From Acidimicrobiia bacterium (lineage in GTDB: Bacteria > Actinomycetota > Acidimicrobiia > IMCC26256 > JAGPDB01): DNA of 64,000 bases. A program made the translations under genes and the position numbers. Where the stretch lies: positions 21,092-85,091 of the forward strand of contig JAXLRE010000007.1 in NCBI GenBank assembly GCA_046331265.1, written 5' to 3'. The notes below the pieces were generated by a model, which did no database searches, was not told the origin of the DNA, and saw only the letters and a program-made list of their open reading frames with translations. Numbering within the stretch: the stretch's first letter is position 1; each line of letters opens with the position of its first letter. Shown one piece after another: positions 29,718 through 38,921 of the stretch.

Positions 29718-29784
29718 GACTAAATCTCCTCAAATTGACCTATAAATACTAATGGAAATTAGAAGATGTATCCAAATCTTAGGC

Positions 29785-32700
29785 TTATATTGTCTTTGTC
29801 TTATAAAAAAGCTTTCTTCTTACTATCAAAATGCTAATAATCACGATAAATAAACTGAGAGAAAGGATTAATAGTACATATCTAACTAACAATAAATCTC
29901 CGTGTAGAGAACGAGGATTTATATGGTCAATACCGTTCTTATCTGTATTTTCAATATGCTTTGTCCCAGGCACAAGAGATAATTGGATAGTCCTACCTCC
30001 TTCTAGCTTTAATGAATAATCCCCAACATTGATATCTTCGAATGAAAATTTTCCATCTTTATTTGTAGAAGTTTGTCCGATTCGAAGTTTATCTGAGTAC
30101 AGAAACACCTTTGTATCTGGTTCATCTTTACCAACAAGTGATGCGCTACCTACTAAAGGTAACGAAGTAATAGTCACACTCGAATTATTCACCAGCGTAA
30201 CTGCTTTGTCTGTCTTGCCCACTACTCCATCGATAACTTTTTGTTTATTAGATAGTGGAAGAACAAATCCATTCGGTATTGATTTGGATTTTACACCAAC
30301 AAAGTATCTCGCTGGCTTCACTTTACGAAATTCGTAATTACCTGATTTATTTGTAAATGTTGAAGCTACTTGGTTACCAAATAAATCAATAAGAACCACT
30401 TCGAGTCCTGAAACACCTGGTTCAATAGATTCTTTAATATTATTCCTGTTGAAATCTGCCCAGTAACTGCCGTTTATATTCGATCCTCGAAGTTTGTACA
30501 CCAATCGTACTTTATTTAAATTGTTCCCAGGAATAAATGACGTTTTGAAGTCGCCATTAGAAGAAGATTTGATTCGTATAAAACTATCGTTTATAAATTC
30601 GAAACCAGTAGATATATTTCCTTCTAGTGAATAATATGTGGGCGCGATAGAGTCTTTAACAAGATTAAAATCTATTTTTGATTCAACAATCTTTGAAACG
30701 TTGACAGGTTCAGATGCAAGTTCTTGGCTATCAATTTTTTTATTTTCATTAAAATCTACCCATCGAATTAAACGAATATCACCTGTATCCAGTTTTGGAT
30801 CTTCTTTATTATCTGATTTTGATTTAATAGCAATTGAATAACTCCTCTGCTCATTGTCAAGCGGCAAGTTATTACCAAACGACACTTGATTTCGTGATAA
30901 TTGAAACCATTTTGTAACAACAGCCTTTGAGTCTAGATTCGATATTTCAGAATTATTACCAAAAACAAAATCACCACTAGAAACTTTTTTATTTCCTATA
31001 TTTGTATAGACCAATGCGTATGAGGCATCAGGTGTTAAATTTTGGAAACTCGTTTTTCCTTTTGATACACCAAAGTATCCTTCGCTATCAGTTACATCTT
31101 TTGCAATTTCAGGAGTTTCTCCTGGATCCTTAATTCCATCTCCATTGATATCTTTAAATTGCACGAGAGATACTGATACAGAACTAATTGGATATTCACC
31201 ATCATCTTTTATACCATTTGAATTTTGGTCGAAGAAGACCTGCCCACCTATAGAACTTGATTGACCAACTGGGACAATTAATTTTGATATGTCATTATTG
31301 GATAGTTGAACATCATTTCTTTCGTTTATATCTCCATCTGCTTTCACAAAGCTCGATGAAATCATTCGACTAAGTGAAGTAGAAGTCGTAGAAATATTTG
31401 ATATAACAGAAAACTCAATTTGTTTGGTTTCACCTGGATTTAGATCTTTCCTAGATGAACATTTCATTGATTCTTTTATGAACCCACAAGGCGTAAAATC
31501 TCCAGTCGACGTCATTAAGGCACTTTTATAATCAAAGTCTTTACCTAGCTTAGAAGTAATTTGATATCCAGATTTTATAGACACTTGGCTATTGTTTCTA
31601 AGTGATATTTTTACATTAATACTGTCGCCAGGAACGTAACCATTTGATGGTACGTTTGTAAGTTCTTGGGATAGGCCAACATCATATTTTTTAATAAACC
31701 CTATATCTAGATTATTTATTTTACCGTTATTTGCTTCACTTGCGTTAAATATCTCTGTTCGAAATCCATCTGTAGTTTTGACAGATTTATTTGCCTTTTT
31801 TGAAGCTTCTGAAATATCGAATGAAGGATCAATGTTAAATATTCTCGCGTAATATTTTCCAGGTTTTATTAACCTAATAGATATTTGCCCGGATGAATCG
31901 GATTCAGTATCATCACCATTATCATCTTGCGTTCCTAATACTCCATCTTTACCAATATTGATTTGTTTATCATTTGAATCAAATAGTTTAAGTTTTGCTC
32001 CATTAATTCCTAATTCGTTTATATCCTTTACTCCATTACTATTACTGTCTTCATATAAAGATGAAGTAACACTAACTGCGCCAGAATCCGATTTATTTGA
32101 TGAGTTTGTATCAATTGAATTATTTGAATAGCTTAAGTACTCTGTTTTTATCGCAGCACTATTGAGAGACTTATTAGATGTCTTGTCATGTGTGATATTT
32201 GTTAATTTAAGCATGGAAGAACAAATAAGAAGCAAAATAACACTAAACGAAATAAGATTTACCGACCTTGTTAAGAAATCTCGCTGTTTAAATGCTCCAG
32301 CTGATTTAATTACATTGTCATAAGATAAGTTTTCTTCTAATTCAATGTTTCTTGCTTGATGATACGGATAAAGAACTGAACAATAAGTTATTAGATCGTC
32401 CATAGCCTCTTGTGAAAGTTCTTTGAATGCAACACCTATTTGGTATTTATCTCCACGGGCTGCAGAATAAGTCACTTTTCCTACCACTGTTATAAGCGAA
32501 TCGCCATGGATTGTAGGAATTCTGAAAACAATAGGTGTTTCATCTCCGACTTGAAGTTTCGTATCAGATAGATACGCGGCGCCTCGATGGGTGAGATCGA
32601 TTATCCACATAGATTCATAACTAGATGAACCCGTTATGGATACTTGACGCCGCGCGAACGCACGTTGTCGAGCTGACATATACCTCTTTGCTGAATAATA

Positions 32701-34035
32701 AATTATTAGAGCCAAAGGCAGTGTCATGAACAACGAAAAAATTGTTACATTAATCGGTATTAATTTTGAAATGTTTTTATTTTTCACAAAGAAACTATTA
32801 AGTATCAAAGCTATAAATGTGATTAATAAAAAGGCAGGAATTATTTTTACTTTATGATTTGTTAAAAGGTTTTTATGCTTTCTGTTCGAAAAACTTATGC
32901 TTAAAAATGCCTCTAGATCAAGTACTCGATCGCGAATACGTTCGAATAACCCCCTCCTGTCCAACCCTATTTTGGTTGAAAAATACCCAAGAGTGGAAAC
33001 ACCTAAAAGTAAAACAAGATTGATAAATATTTCTTGATTGACTATTTGAGGTCTGATTGATACAGAAAGAAAAGCTACAGCATACAAACACGTAGAAACG
33101 GCTTTAACCCAAAAGAACCGCATGTAAAGCCATCCAAGATATCTACGAATAATGCCCATTGCAGTATCTACATATTCTGGATGTTTACGTAAATTTCGTG
33201 ATACATATATACGCGACAATCTGGTTGTTATATTATGATCGACTTCATTGAAAGACATACATTCACAACATGGATGTGAAGTAATTGTCCCACCCGATCT
33301 TGTAGAAATTATTTTTGCAATAAATTTCTCAAAATTTAAAGTTAGAATTTCTTTTAATATTTCACCCAAACCTGCAATTGTCCCATCAGCTAAAATCGGT
33401 CCACCCGTATAAATAGGAACGTTATAACTTCCTGCTTTTTCTGCAAGCAAAGTATCAATAGATAGATCGTTCCTCGACCTACGGACACCTAAAGCATGCG
33501 AAGAATAGTTACTATGGTTCAGTTCAACAAATGATATCTGTTTTGCAAAGCGTCTTTCCGCTACTAGAACTGAATCAGGATACAAAATCGTATGGCCATT
33601 AGTAACTAAAAATCTCGTATCTTTTACTTCACTATTTAATTCCGAGTTATTGTATTTAAAATTAAATTCACTACATAAAGATTCAATATCTTTTCTATCA
33701 TCTTGTGCAAATACAAAAACTTCTGGTTTGCCTCTCAAGTTCTTAATCGAGAGAAATGAAATTCTTACCGTTTCGTAATCTTCATCACCAACAAAAATTA
33801 AAACACAAGTATTTTTGTCAGCAATCTTCTCGAACGAAACGATGCGTACCCGGCGTAATAAATAAACCTCTATTGAGTGCAGAAAAAATCCAAGTGTAAA
33901 CGATATGAGAATTAGTAACTCAAAAAAGTTTCTAGATTTTACAAAACAATAAATTAAATAGGACATGAAAGCTAATGCACACAATTTGTGCGTCAGCAGC
34001 AAAATAAACTTAGTAAATTTTCTAAGCATTCTCAC
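29785..34035 (-). CDS. Giant membrane protein: BcsA-like core (2 TM / GT-A-like / TM block / partly degenerate PilZ / TM) fused to a ~770-aa extracellular SdrD-B/Cna-B + DUF11 stalk and a C-terminal TM anchor
   Basis: - 1416 aa.
- PilZ region at aa ~455-560 (RRQVSI ... DLTHRG).
- SdrD-B-like signatures: GGQVFFDQNSNGIKDDGEYPISSVSVSLV, SLYEDSNSNGVKDINELGINGAKLKLFD, GSYWADFNRNNIKESIEPGVSGLEVVLIDLFGN.
- DUF11-like block: GDSINVKISLRNNS...DLNPGETKQIEFSV.
- C-terminal end: LLILSLSLFIVIISILIVRRK.
- The start may be GTG 34035 or ATG 34029. Confidence 0.65.
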   Translation of the reverse strand: MRMLRKFTKFILLLTHKLCALAFMSYLIYCFVKSRNFFELLILISFTLGFFLHSIEVYLLRRVRIVSFEKIADKNTCVLIFVGDEDYETVRISFLSIKNLRGKPEVFVFAQDDRKDIESLCSEFNFKYNNSELNSEVKDTRFLVTNGHTILYPDSVLVAERRFAKQISFVELNHSNYSSHALGVRRSRNDLSIDTLLAEKAGSYNVPIYTGGPILADGTIAGLGEILKEILTLNFEKFIAKIISTRSGGTITSHPCCECMSFNEVDHNITTRLSRIYVSRNLRKHPEYVDTAMGIIRRYLGWLYMRFFWVKAVSTCLYAVAFLSVSIRPQIVNQEIFINLVLLLGVSTLGYFSTKIGLDRRGLFERIRDRVLDLEAFLSISFSNRKHKNLLTNHKVKIIPAFLLITFIALILNSFFVKNKNISKLIPINVTIFSLFMTLPLALIIYYSAKRYMSARQRAFARRQVSITGSSSYESMWIIDLTHRGAAYLSDTKLQVGDETPIVFRIPTIHGDSLITVVGKVTYSAARGDKYQIGVAFKELSQEAMDDLITYCSVLYPYHQARNIELEENLSYDNVIKSAGAFKQRDFLTRSVNLISFSVILLLICSSMLKLTNITHDKTSNKSLNSAAIKTEYLSYSNNSIDTNSSNKSDSGAVSVTSSLYEDSNSNGVKDINELGINGAKLKLFDSNDKQINIGKDGVLGTQDDNGDDTESDSSGQISIRLIKPGKYYARIFNIDPSFDISEASKKANKSVKTTDGFRTEIFNASEANNGKINNLDIGFIKKYDVGLSQELTNVPSNGYVPGDSINVKISLRNNSQVSIKSGYQITSKLGKDFDYKSALMTSTGDFTPCGFIKESMKCSSRKDLNPGETKQIEFSVISNISTTSTSLSRMISSSFVKADGDINERNDVQLSNNDISKLIVPVGQSSSIGGQVFFDQNSNGIKDDGEYPISSVSVSLVQFKDINGDGIKDPGETPEIAKDVTDSEGYFGVSKGKTSFQNLTPDASYALVYTNIGNKKVSSGDFVFGNNSEISNLDSKAVVTKWFQLSRNQVSFGNNLPLDNEQRSYSIAIKSKSDNKEDPKLDTGDIRLIRWVDFNENKKIDSQELASEPVNVSKIVESKIDFNLVKDSIAPTYYSLEGNISTGFEFINDSFIRIKSSSNGDFKTSFIPGNNLNKVRLVYKLRGSNINGSYWADFNRNNIKESIEPGVSGLEVVLIDLFGNQVASTFTNKSGNYEFRKVKPARYFVGVKSKSIPNGFVLPLSNKQKVIDGVVGKTDKAVTLVNNSSVTITSLPLVGSASLVGKDEPDTKVFLYSDKLRIGQTSTNKDGKFSFEDINVGDYSLKLEGGRTIQLSLVPGTKHIENTDKNGIDHINPRSLHGDLLLVRYVLLILSLSLFIVIISILIVRRKLFYKTKTI

Positions 34036-34115
34036 CCCATGCCTATTAACCTTGTCTTTAATATCGGCAGGAATTACTTAAAGCTAGAGCTATATCGTTT
34101 TACCTGGTAAAAGGC

Positions 34116-36053
34116 TTATCTTAGGTTTGATAAGTTAGAAAAAATGATTGCAGCTAATGCTGTAAAAGATGCCGCATATGATAAAAACCTTTTTTCTGGT
34201 TTACCATTAAATTTTCTAGATACTTGTTCAGTTTTAACACCGGTTTTAGCTTCACGCGCTTGTTCGAAAGGATAGATAATAGAGCAATATTTTTCAAGTG
34301 TATCTATTTGACTCTGTTTTAAATCAATAAACTCAATCCCTAATCTATATGAATCGTTCCAAGCTACACATGATTTGATGTAAGCGTTACAAGAAAATTT
34401 TTCATTAGTTGAGTTCTTTGTAGGAAGTGAAGATTCAAATATGATCTCTCTACCTTCTTCATATGGCTCTACAGATACACAACCTGCTCCACCAGCTGAA
34501 AGATCAATCATCGATATCGGCTTAGAATCAATATTCGCTCCACGTGACACTTCACGTCTCATTGCGCTTCTTGATTGACGAATAATTACCATTCCTAATC
34601 CAATTAGTAACGTAACCAATAATGCATAGCCAGCAAATAACGATCCATATTTAAGTAAACGTGGAACTAACAATTCTGGAACATTTTTATGCTGTATATA
34701 GGCCCGGTAAATCAAAACTACGTCGGTGACTATTAGAAGAAAACTAACACTAGGAAGCTTCTTTACAATTGATTTTGTACTCGATCTCTTTTCAGGAGAC
34801 ATAAAAACCTTATAAATGTTATACATTACCGCTTCAACATCAAAATAATACTCACGAACGCGAGCTAGAGGTCCCCTTTTATCTCCAGCTAAAACGCTGC
34901 CTAAAAATACAGTCAATATAGTTGCCAAAGCAGCTGAAATATATGTTTGGTTTACGAAAGAAAAGTTCGATGGATACAGCACAAATCCTAGAACAAGAGC
35001 AATCATTCCAACACGTCGAATTAGTGAAGCATTAATCATTAAAGACCAAGTCTTTACTCCTAGCCCAATAATTCGCTTCCCTTTAGGATACGAATTACGC
35101 CAAGCACCAGAAGAATATAGGAAATCTAATCCACGCCATTGAACCTCAGAAATTGTTTGTTCATACGAAATTTCTTCACTAACGACCTCTTCAGTTATTG
35201 TTCCATGTATGTTATTTCGTTCGCAAGATCTTAAGAAAGATGCGGAACTTGTTGCATAAGAAGAATTGTTAAGAGCTGATGCATTAACTAAAACAGGTCC
35301 AGTTGACCAAGTCGATAAGGAACGTGACGCCAATGCTTCTCTAATCATTTGCCTTTTATCGCTAACCTCAATAATGCCATTTACACCTAAAGCTCGTTCA
35401 TCACTATATACACTTCGCAATTCTAAAAATGTTGATTCGTCTACTTTGTAGTTTTTAGCAACTGCAAATGCATCTGGATACATGATGTCAGTCCCACGAC
35501 AAATTAAAACTTGATCTGTTGTCGCTGCGATGTTGTGAAAACTCTCTGCGACATGAAAACTAAAATCCTTTGTTAATATTTCTCGCTCTGGTGAAAGAGA
35601 ATTATCGATTACATAAACATTTGCAGCATTATCGAGCATTTCGATTGAAAGAAAACATCTACGTAACTGATCAATAGTTGCTTCTTCAGCAAAAATTACA
35701 ACATCTATCGGAGCAATACCATATTCACCACTCGCAACAATTTGCTCAGTTTCTACTTTAATTGTATTTGTTCCAGCATTTTGTTCTGCATTGGCTGCTT
35801 TTGAATATAGAACTTTTTTTGCAGATTCTATAAGTACATTTTCATCTTGGACACGGTTATTTGTTGATACTTTTGTAGCCATTAATGATGCTTCGACACA
35901 TACCAACGCCAAAAGTGTGAATTCACAAGTAGCGGTTAAAACATTTATATCACTGTAATTATTAATTAGCGTGGTAAGCCTGTAAATTCCATAGGCAATA
36001 GAAGCGATTGCAACAATTGCAGCACCAATCTTCCTCTGATAAGAATTCTTCAC
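34116..36053 (-). CDS. BcsA-like membrane protein: 2 TM / GT2-like cytoplasmic domain / TM block / canonical PilZ domain / C-terminal TM
   Basis: 645 aa, GTG start with SD AGGAG. PilZ motifs are RREVSR (RRxxxR) and DLSAGG (DxSxxG). The GT2-like pattern is IDVVIFAEEATIDQL...VYVIDNS...ICRGTDIMYPD. It is a paralogue of the first ~610 aa of the downstream 1416-aa gene. Confidence 0.65.
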   Translation of the reverse strand: MKNSYQRKIGAAIVAIASIAYGIYRLTTLINNYSDINVLTATCEFTLLALVCVEASLMATKVSTNNRVQDENVLIESAKKVLYSKAANAEQNAGTNTIKVETEQIVASGEYGIAPIDVVIFAEEATIDQLRRCFLSIEMLDNAANVYVIDNSLSPEREILTKDFSFHVAESFHNIAATTDQVLICRGTDIMYPDAFAVAKNYKVDESTFLELRSVYSDERALGVNGIIEVSDKRQMIREALASRSLSTWSTGPVLVNASALNNSSYATSSASFLRSCERNNIHGTITEEVVSEEISYEQTISEVQWRGLDFLYSSGAWRNSYPKGKRIIGLGVKTWSLMINASLIRRVGMIALVLGFVLYPSNFSFVNQTYISAALATILTVFLGSVLAGDKRGPLARVREYYFDVEAVMYNIYKVFMSPEKRSSTKSIVKKLPSVSFLLIVTDVVLIYRAYIQHKNVPELLVPRLLKYGSLFAGYALLVTLLIGLGMVIIRQSRSAMRREVSRGANIDSKPISMIDLSAGGAGCVSVEPYEEGREIIFESSLPTKNSTNEKFSCNAYIKSCVAWNDSYRLGIEFIDLKQSQIDTLEKYCSIIYPFEQAREAKTGVKTEQVSRKFNGKPEKRFLSYAASFTALAAIIFSNLSNLR

Positions 36054-36140
36054 TTTGGCTCCTAATCTATTTCTAAATATATCGAACCAAAATTGCTTTA
36101 ACTCAAGCTTAAATACCCAATAATTTGTTACAAAATAGTA

Positions 36141-37970
36141 TCAATTCGGACTTATTTCGCCTTCAGAAGCTCTGACATTTGGGGCAAAACCACCGACCAT
36201 TTCATGATCGATTACGAAGCCTCGACCTTCACAAGTACTACACACTTCAGCAAAACTCTCGACCATACCTTCAGACAATCGTTTTCTCGTCATTTGAACT
36301 AATCCTAGTTCTGTGACTTCGAAAACCTGGGTGCGTGTTTTGTCTCGAGCCAAAGCTTCTCTAAGTTTTTGAGTCAACTTATATCGATTTTCTTCTGTTT
36401 CCATATCGATAAAGTCAATAACGATGATTCCACCAATGTCTCTGAGTCTAAGTTGTCTAGCAATTTCGTCAGCTGCTTCTAAGTTGTTGTGAAAAACAGT
36501 TTCTTCTAAATTAGACGTACCGACATTCTTTCCGGTGTTAACGTCAATAACAGTTAATGCTTCTGTACGTTCAATAATTAAAGAGCCACCGCTAGGTAAC
36601 CAAACTTTTTTCTCTAAAGCTTTAGTTAGTTGTTCAGTAATGTGATAGCGCTCATAAATATCAAGCTCATCGTCATGCTCATAATACTGAACTCGGCTAG
36701 ATAATTCTGGAGCAATTGCATCAACATATGATTTTATTTGATCATATAGTTCTTTATTATCTACAACAATTGATCGAAATTCTTTGTTGAACTCTTCTCT
36801 AATCATACGCATGACTAATGAAGGTTCTTTGTAAAGCAATGTAGCTGTTTTGGAGCTTTCGGCTTTAGCTGCTACTTGTTTGATTTGGCTCCATTGTTCT
36901 GTTAAACGAATCATGTCACGTCTTAATTCATCGTCTGTCGCACCTTCAGCAGCTGTTCGAACTATTAGACCAGCATCATCTGGACGTATCTCATCTAAAA
37001 TTCTCCTCAGACGTCTTCGTTCTTCATCTGGAAGCCGTTTTGATATTCCATATGTATCACTTTGATTAGGAATTAACACAACGAAACGACCTGCTAACGA
37101 AACTTCTTGAGTTAAGCGTGCCCCCTTATGCGCTATTGGGTTTTTTGTAACTTGGACAAGAACCATTTGTCCATTACTTAGCGACTCTTCTATGCGAGGT
37201 GTTTGGTTTGGATATTTTGTTTTGTCATAAGCAACATCTGCTCGATACAAAACCGCATTCTTAGGTGTAGCAATATCGATAAAAGCTGCTTCCATTCCTG
37301 GGAGAACATTTTGCACGCGGCCTAAATAGATATTTCCGTCAATAGATGTTGTTTCGTCTAAATCGGATCTAGAGACATAATGCTCAGTTAAAATACGGCC
37401 TTCTGTAATTGCTAGCTGTGTATTTCCCCTTTTATCAACATGGATATATATCGAATAACGGCCTGTTGCTTTACCCTTACCCAGCTTTTTCAAGCGTTTT
37501 TTAAGAGTTTTCTTATCTAATTCAAAATCTTCGTCTACTCCCAAGTTAGCTACTACATGTTCTAGCGTCTCATCAGTAGCGGCTGGAGCTTTATCTTTTT
37601 TGCTTCTTTTTCGTTTCTCTTTAGTCTCTTTTTTGTCGATTTTATTTAAGGCGTCTACAGAAATCGTTGAACCGATCTTAGGTTTAGCTTCTTCAGCTGA
37701 ACTTTCTACACGCTTTCTACGTCTAGCTTTAGGCTGAACAACACTTGGCGTTTCTTCTGCATCAATCGCTTCAGACTTTGCATCGTCGAGGATATCTTCG
37801 TTAGTAAAAACACGATCGTTATCTACATCTGGCTCTGAAGGGGTTAAAACCTTTCTTCTTCTCCTAGTTGTAGTTTGCGAAATCTCTATTTCATTTTCAC
37901 TTGATTCTATGTTGTTAATAATTGTGTTATCTGCTTGATTTTCAGCAGTATCGGATTGTAATTCTGACAT
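36141..37970 (-). CDS. rne: Ribonuclease E/G
   Basis: Acidic/basic low-complexity N-terminus, S1 domain GNIYLGRVQNVLPGMEAAFIDI, catalytic VIDVNTGKNVG and DFIDM, and Zn-link CSTCEGRG. Confidence 0.9.
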   Translation of the reverse strand: MSELQSDTAENQADNTIINNIESSENEIEISQTTTRRRRKVLTPSEPDVDNDRVFTNEDILDDAKSEAIDAEETPSVVQPKARRRKRVESSAEEAKPKIGSTISVDALNKIDKKETKEKRKRSKKDKAPAATDETLEHVVANLGVDEDFELDKKTLKKRLKKLGKGKATGRYSIYIHVDKRGNTQLAITEGRILTEHYVSRSDLDETTSIDGNIYLGRVQNVLPGMEAAFIDIATPKNAVLYRADVAYDKTKYPNQTPRIEESLSNGQMVLVQVTKNPIAHKGARLTQEVSLAGRFVVLIPNQSDTYGISKRLPDEERRRLRRILDEIRPDDAGLIVRTAAEGATDDELRRDMIRLTEQWSQIKQVAAKAESSKTATLLYKEPSLVMRMIREEFNKEFRSIVVDNKELYDQIKSYVDAIAPELSSRVQYYEHDDELDIYERYHITEQLTKALEKKVWLPSGGSLIIERTEALTVIDVNTGKNVGTSNLEETVFHNNLEAADEIARQLRLRDIGGIIVIDFIDMETEENRYKLTQKLREALARDKTRTQVFEVTELGLVQMTRKRLSEGMVESFAEVCSTCEGRGFVIDHEMVGGFAPNVRASEGEISPN

Positions 37971-38198
37971 TGTAAACCTTTATTTTGATGTACCCAAAAG
38001 ATGCGCCTAGATAATTGCTTAGGCTGATCTAATGATATAAAAACTAATTTGTTTCTTAAGCTTTTCACTTAGTTTCCTTTTAGTTCGACATTTAATAAAT
38101 AACATTTTCGATATCAATATCGAAATAACGAACTATGTATATATTACTCGACTTTTAATAAATATATCTTAATTACTATTTAAGACAATAAGTCCTAG

Positions 38199-38921
38199 TC
38201 ACAAGGATTTTTCTGTAATCATGTCGAGAAAGTTATTAAATAATACGTTCGAAGTTCTATCATATGATTCTTTATATGATGCGTACTCTTTTCGTAATTG
38301 AGCATGATCGTATATCCGTAAATCATCATCGAGCACAATAACTTCTTCAAATAATTCTTCTGTTAACTCAACATGTGCTTGAATTCCGTATGCACAGTCA
38401 CCTACTTTTATAATTTGGTTTTTACACCACTTTCCTGTTCCTAATATATGTACAGAATCATTTTCAATTATTGTTTCACCATGTAATTGAAAAACATCGA
38501 ATTGTTTGGCTAAACCAGAAAATAATGGATCTATAAGACCATGTTCATTGAGTTCAATTTTAAAACTTTCGTTTTTTTGGTCCATAAATCCAATTTCCTT
38601 AATATCTGCCTTAACTACTTGAGCACCGGCTGCGGCAGCAAGGAGCTGCATACCTAAACAAATTCCAAAATATGGTTTCGATTGTTCAATTGCATCTTTT
38701 ATTAGCTGTATTTCAAGATTTATTTTCTCAGAATCATCATTAGCACTGTCAGGACCACCACAAATCACTACCCCACAATAATTATCTAGATCTAGCGGCT
38801 TCTCTCCTGCATTAAGATCGACTACATCAATTGCGAAACCCCTGTTACGTGCATGTTGCAAAAACGAACCAGGCCCTTCGTGTGTAATATTCTTTAATAT
38901 AAGTATTGGAGATTTAACCAT
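38199..38921 (-). CDS. Class I glutamine amidotransferase-like protein
   Basis: ILILKNITHEGPGSF..., nucleophile elbow FGICLGMQLL, and a C-terminal IQAHVE (His-Glu) motif. Confidence 0.75.
   Translation of the reverse strand: MVKSPILILKNITHEGPGSFLQHARNRGFAIDVVDLNAGEKPLDLDNYCGVVICGGPDSANDDSEKINLEIQLIKDAIEQSKPYFGICLGMQLLAAAAGAQVVKADIKEIGFMDQKNESFKIELNEHGLIDPLFSGLAKQFDVFQLHGETIIENDSVHILGTGKWCKNQIIKVGDCAYGIQAHVELTEELFEEVIVLDDDLRIYDHAQLRKEYASYKESYDRTSNVLFNNFLDMITEKSL

Noticed and set aside
34098-34112. A small hairpin (TTTTAC-CTG-GTAAAA) just after the stop of the 645-aa PilZ gene might be an intercistronic terminator.
   Set aside because: The stem is only 6 AU-rich base pairs with a 3-nt loop and no following U-tract on the minus strand. 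The two PilZ genes are more likely co-transcribed.
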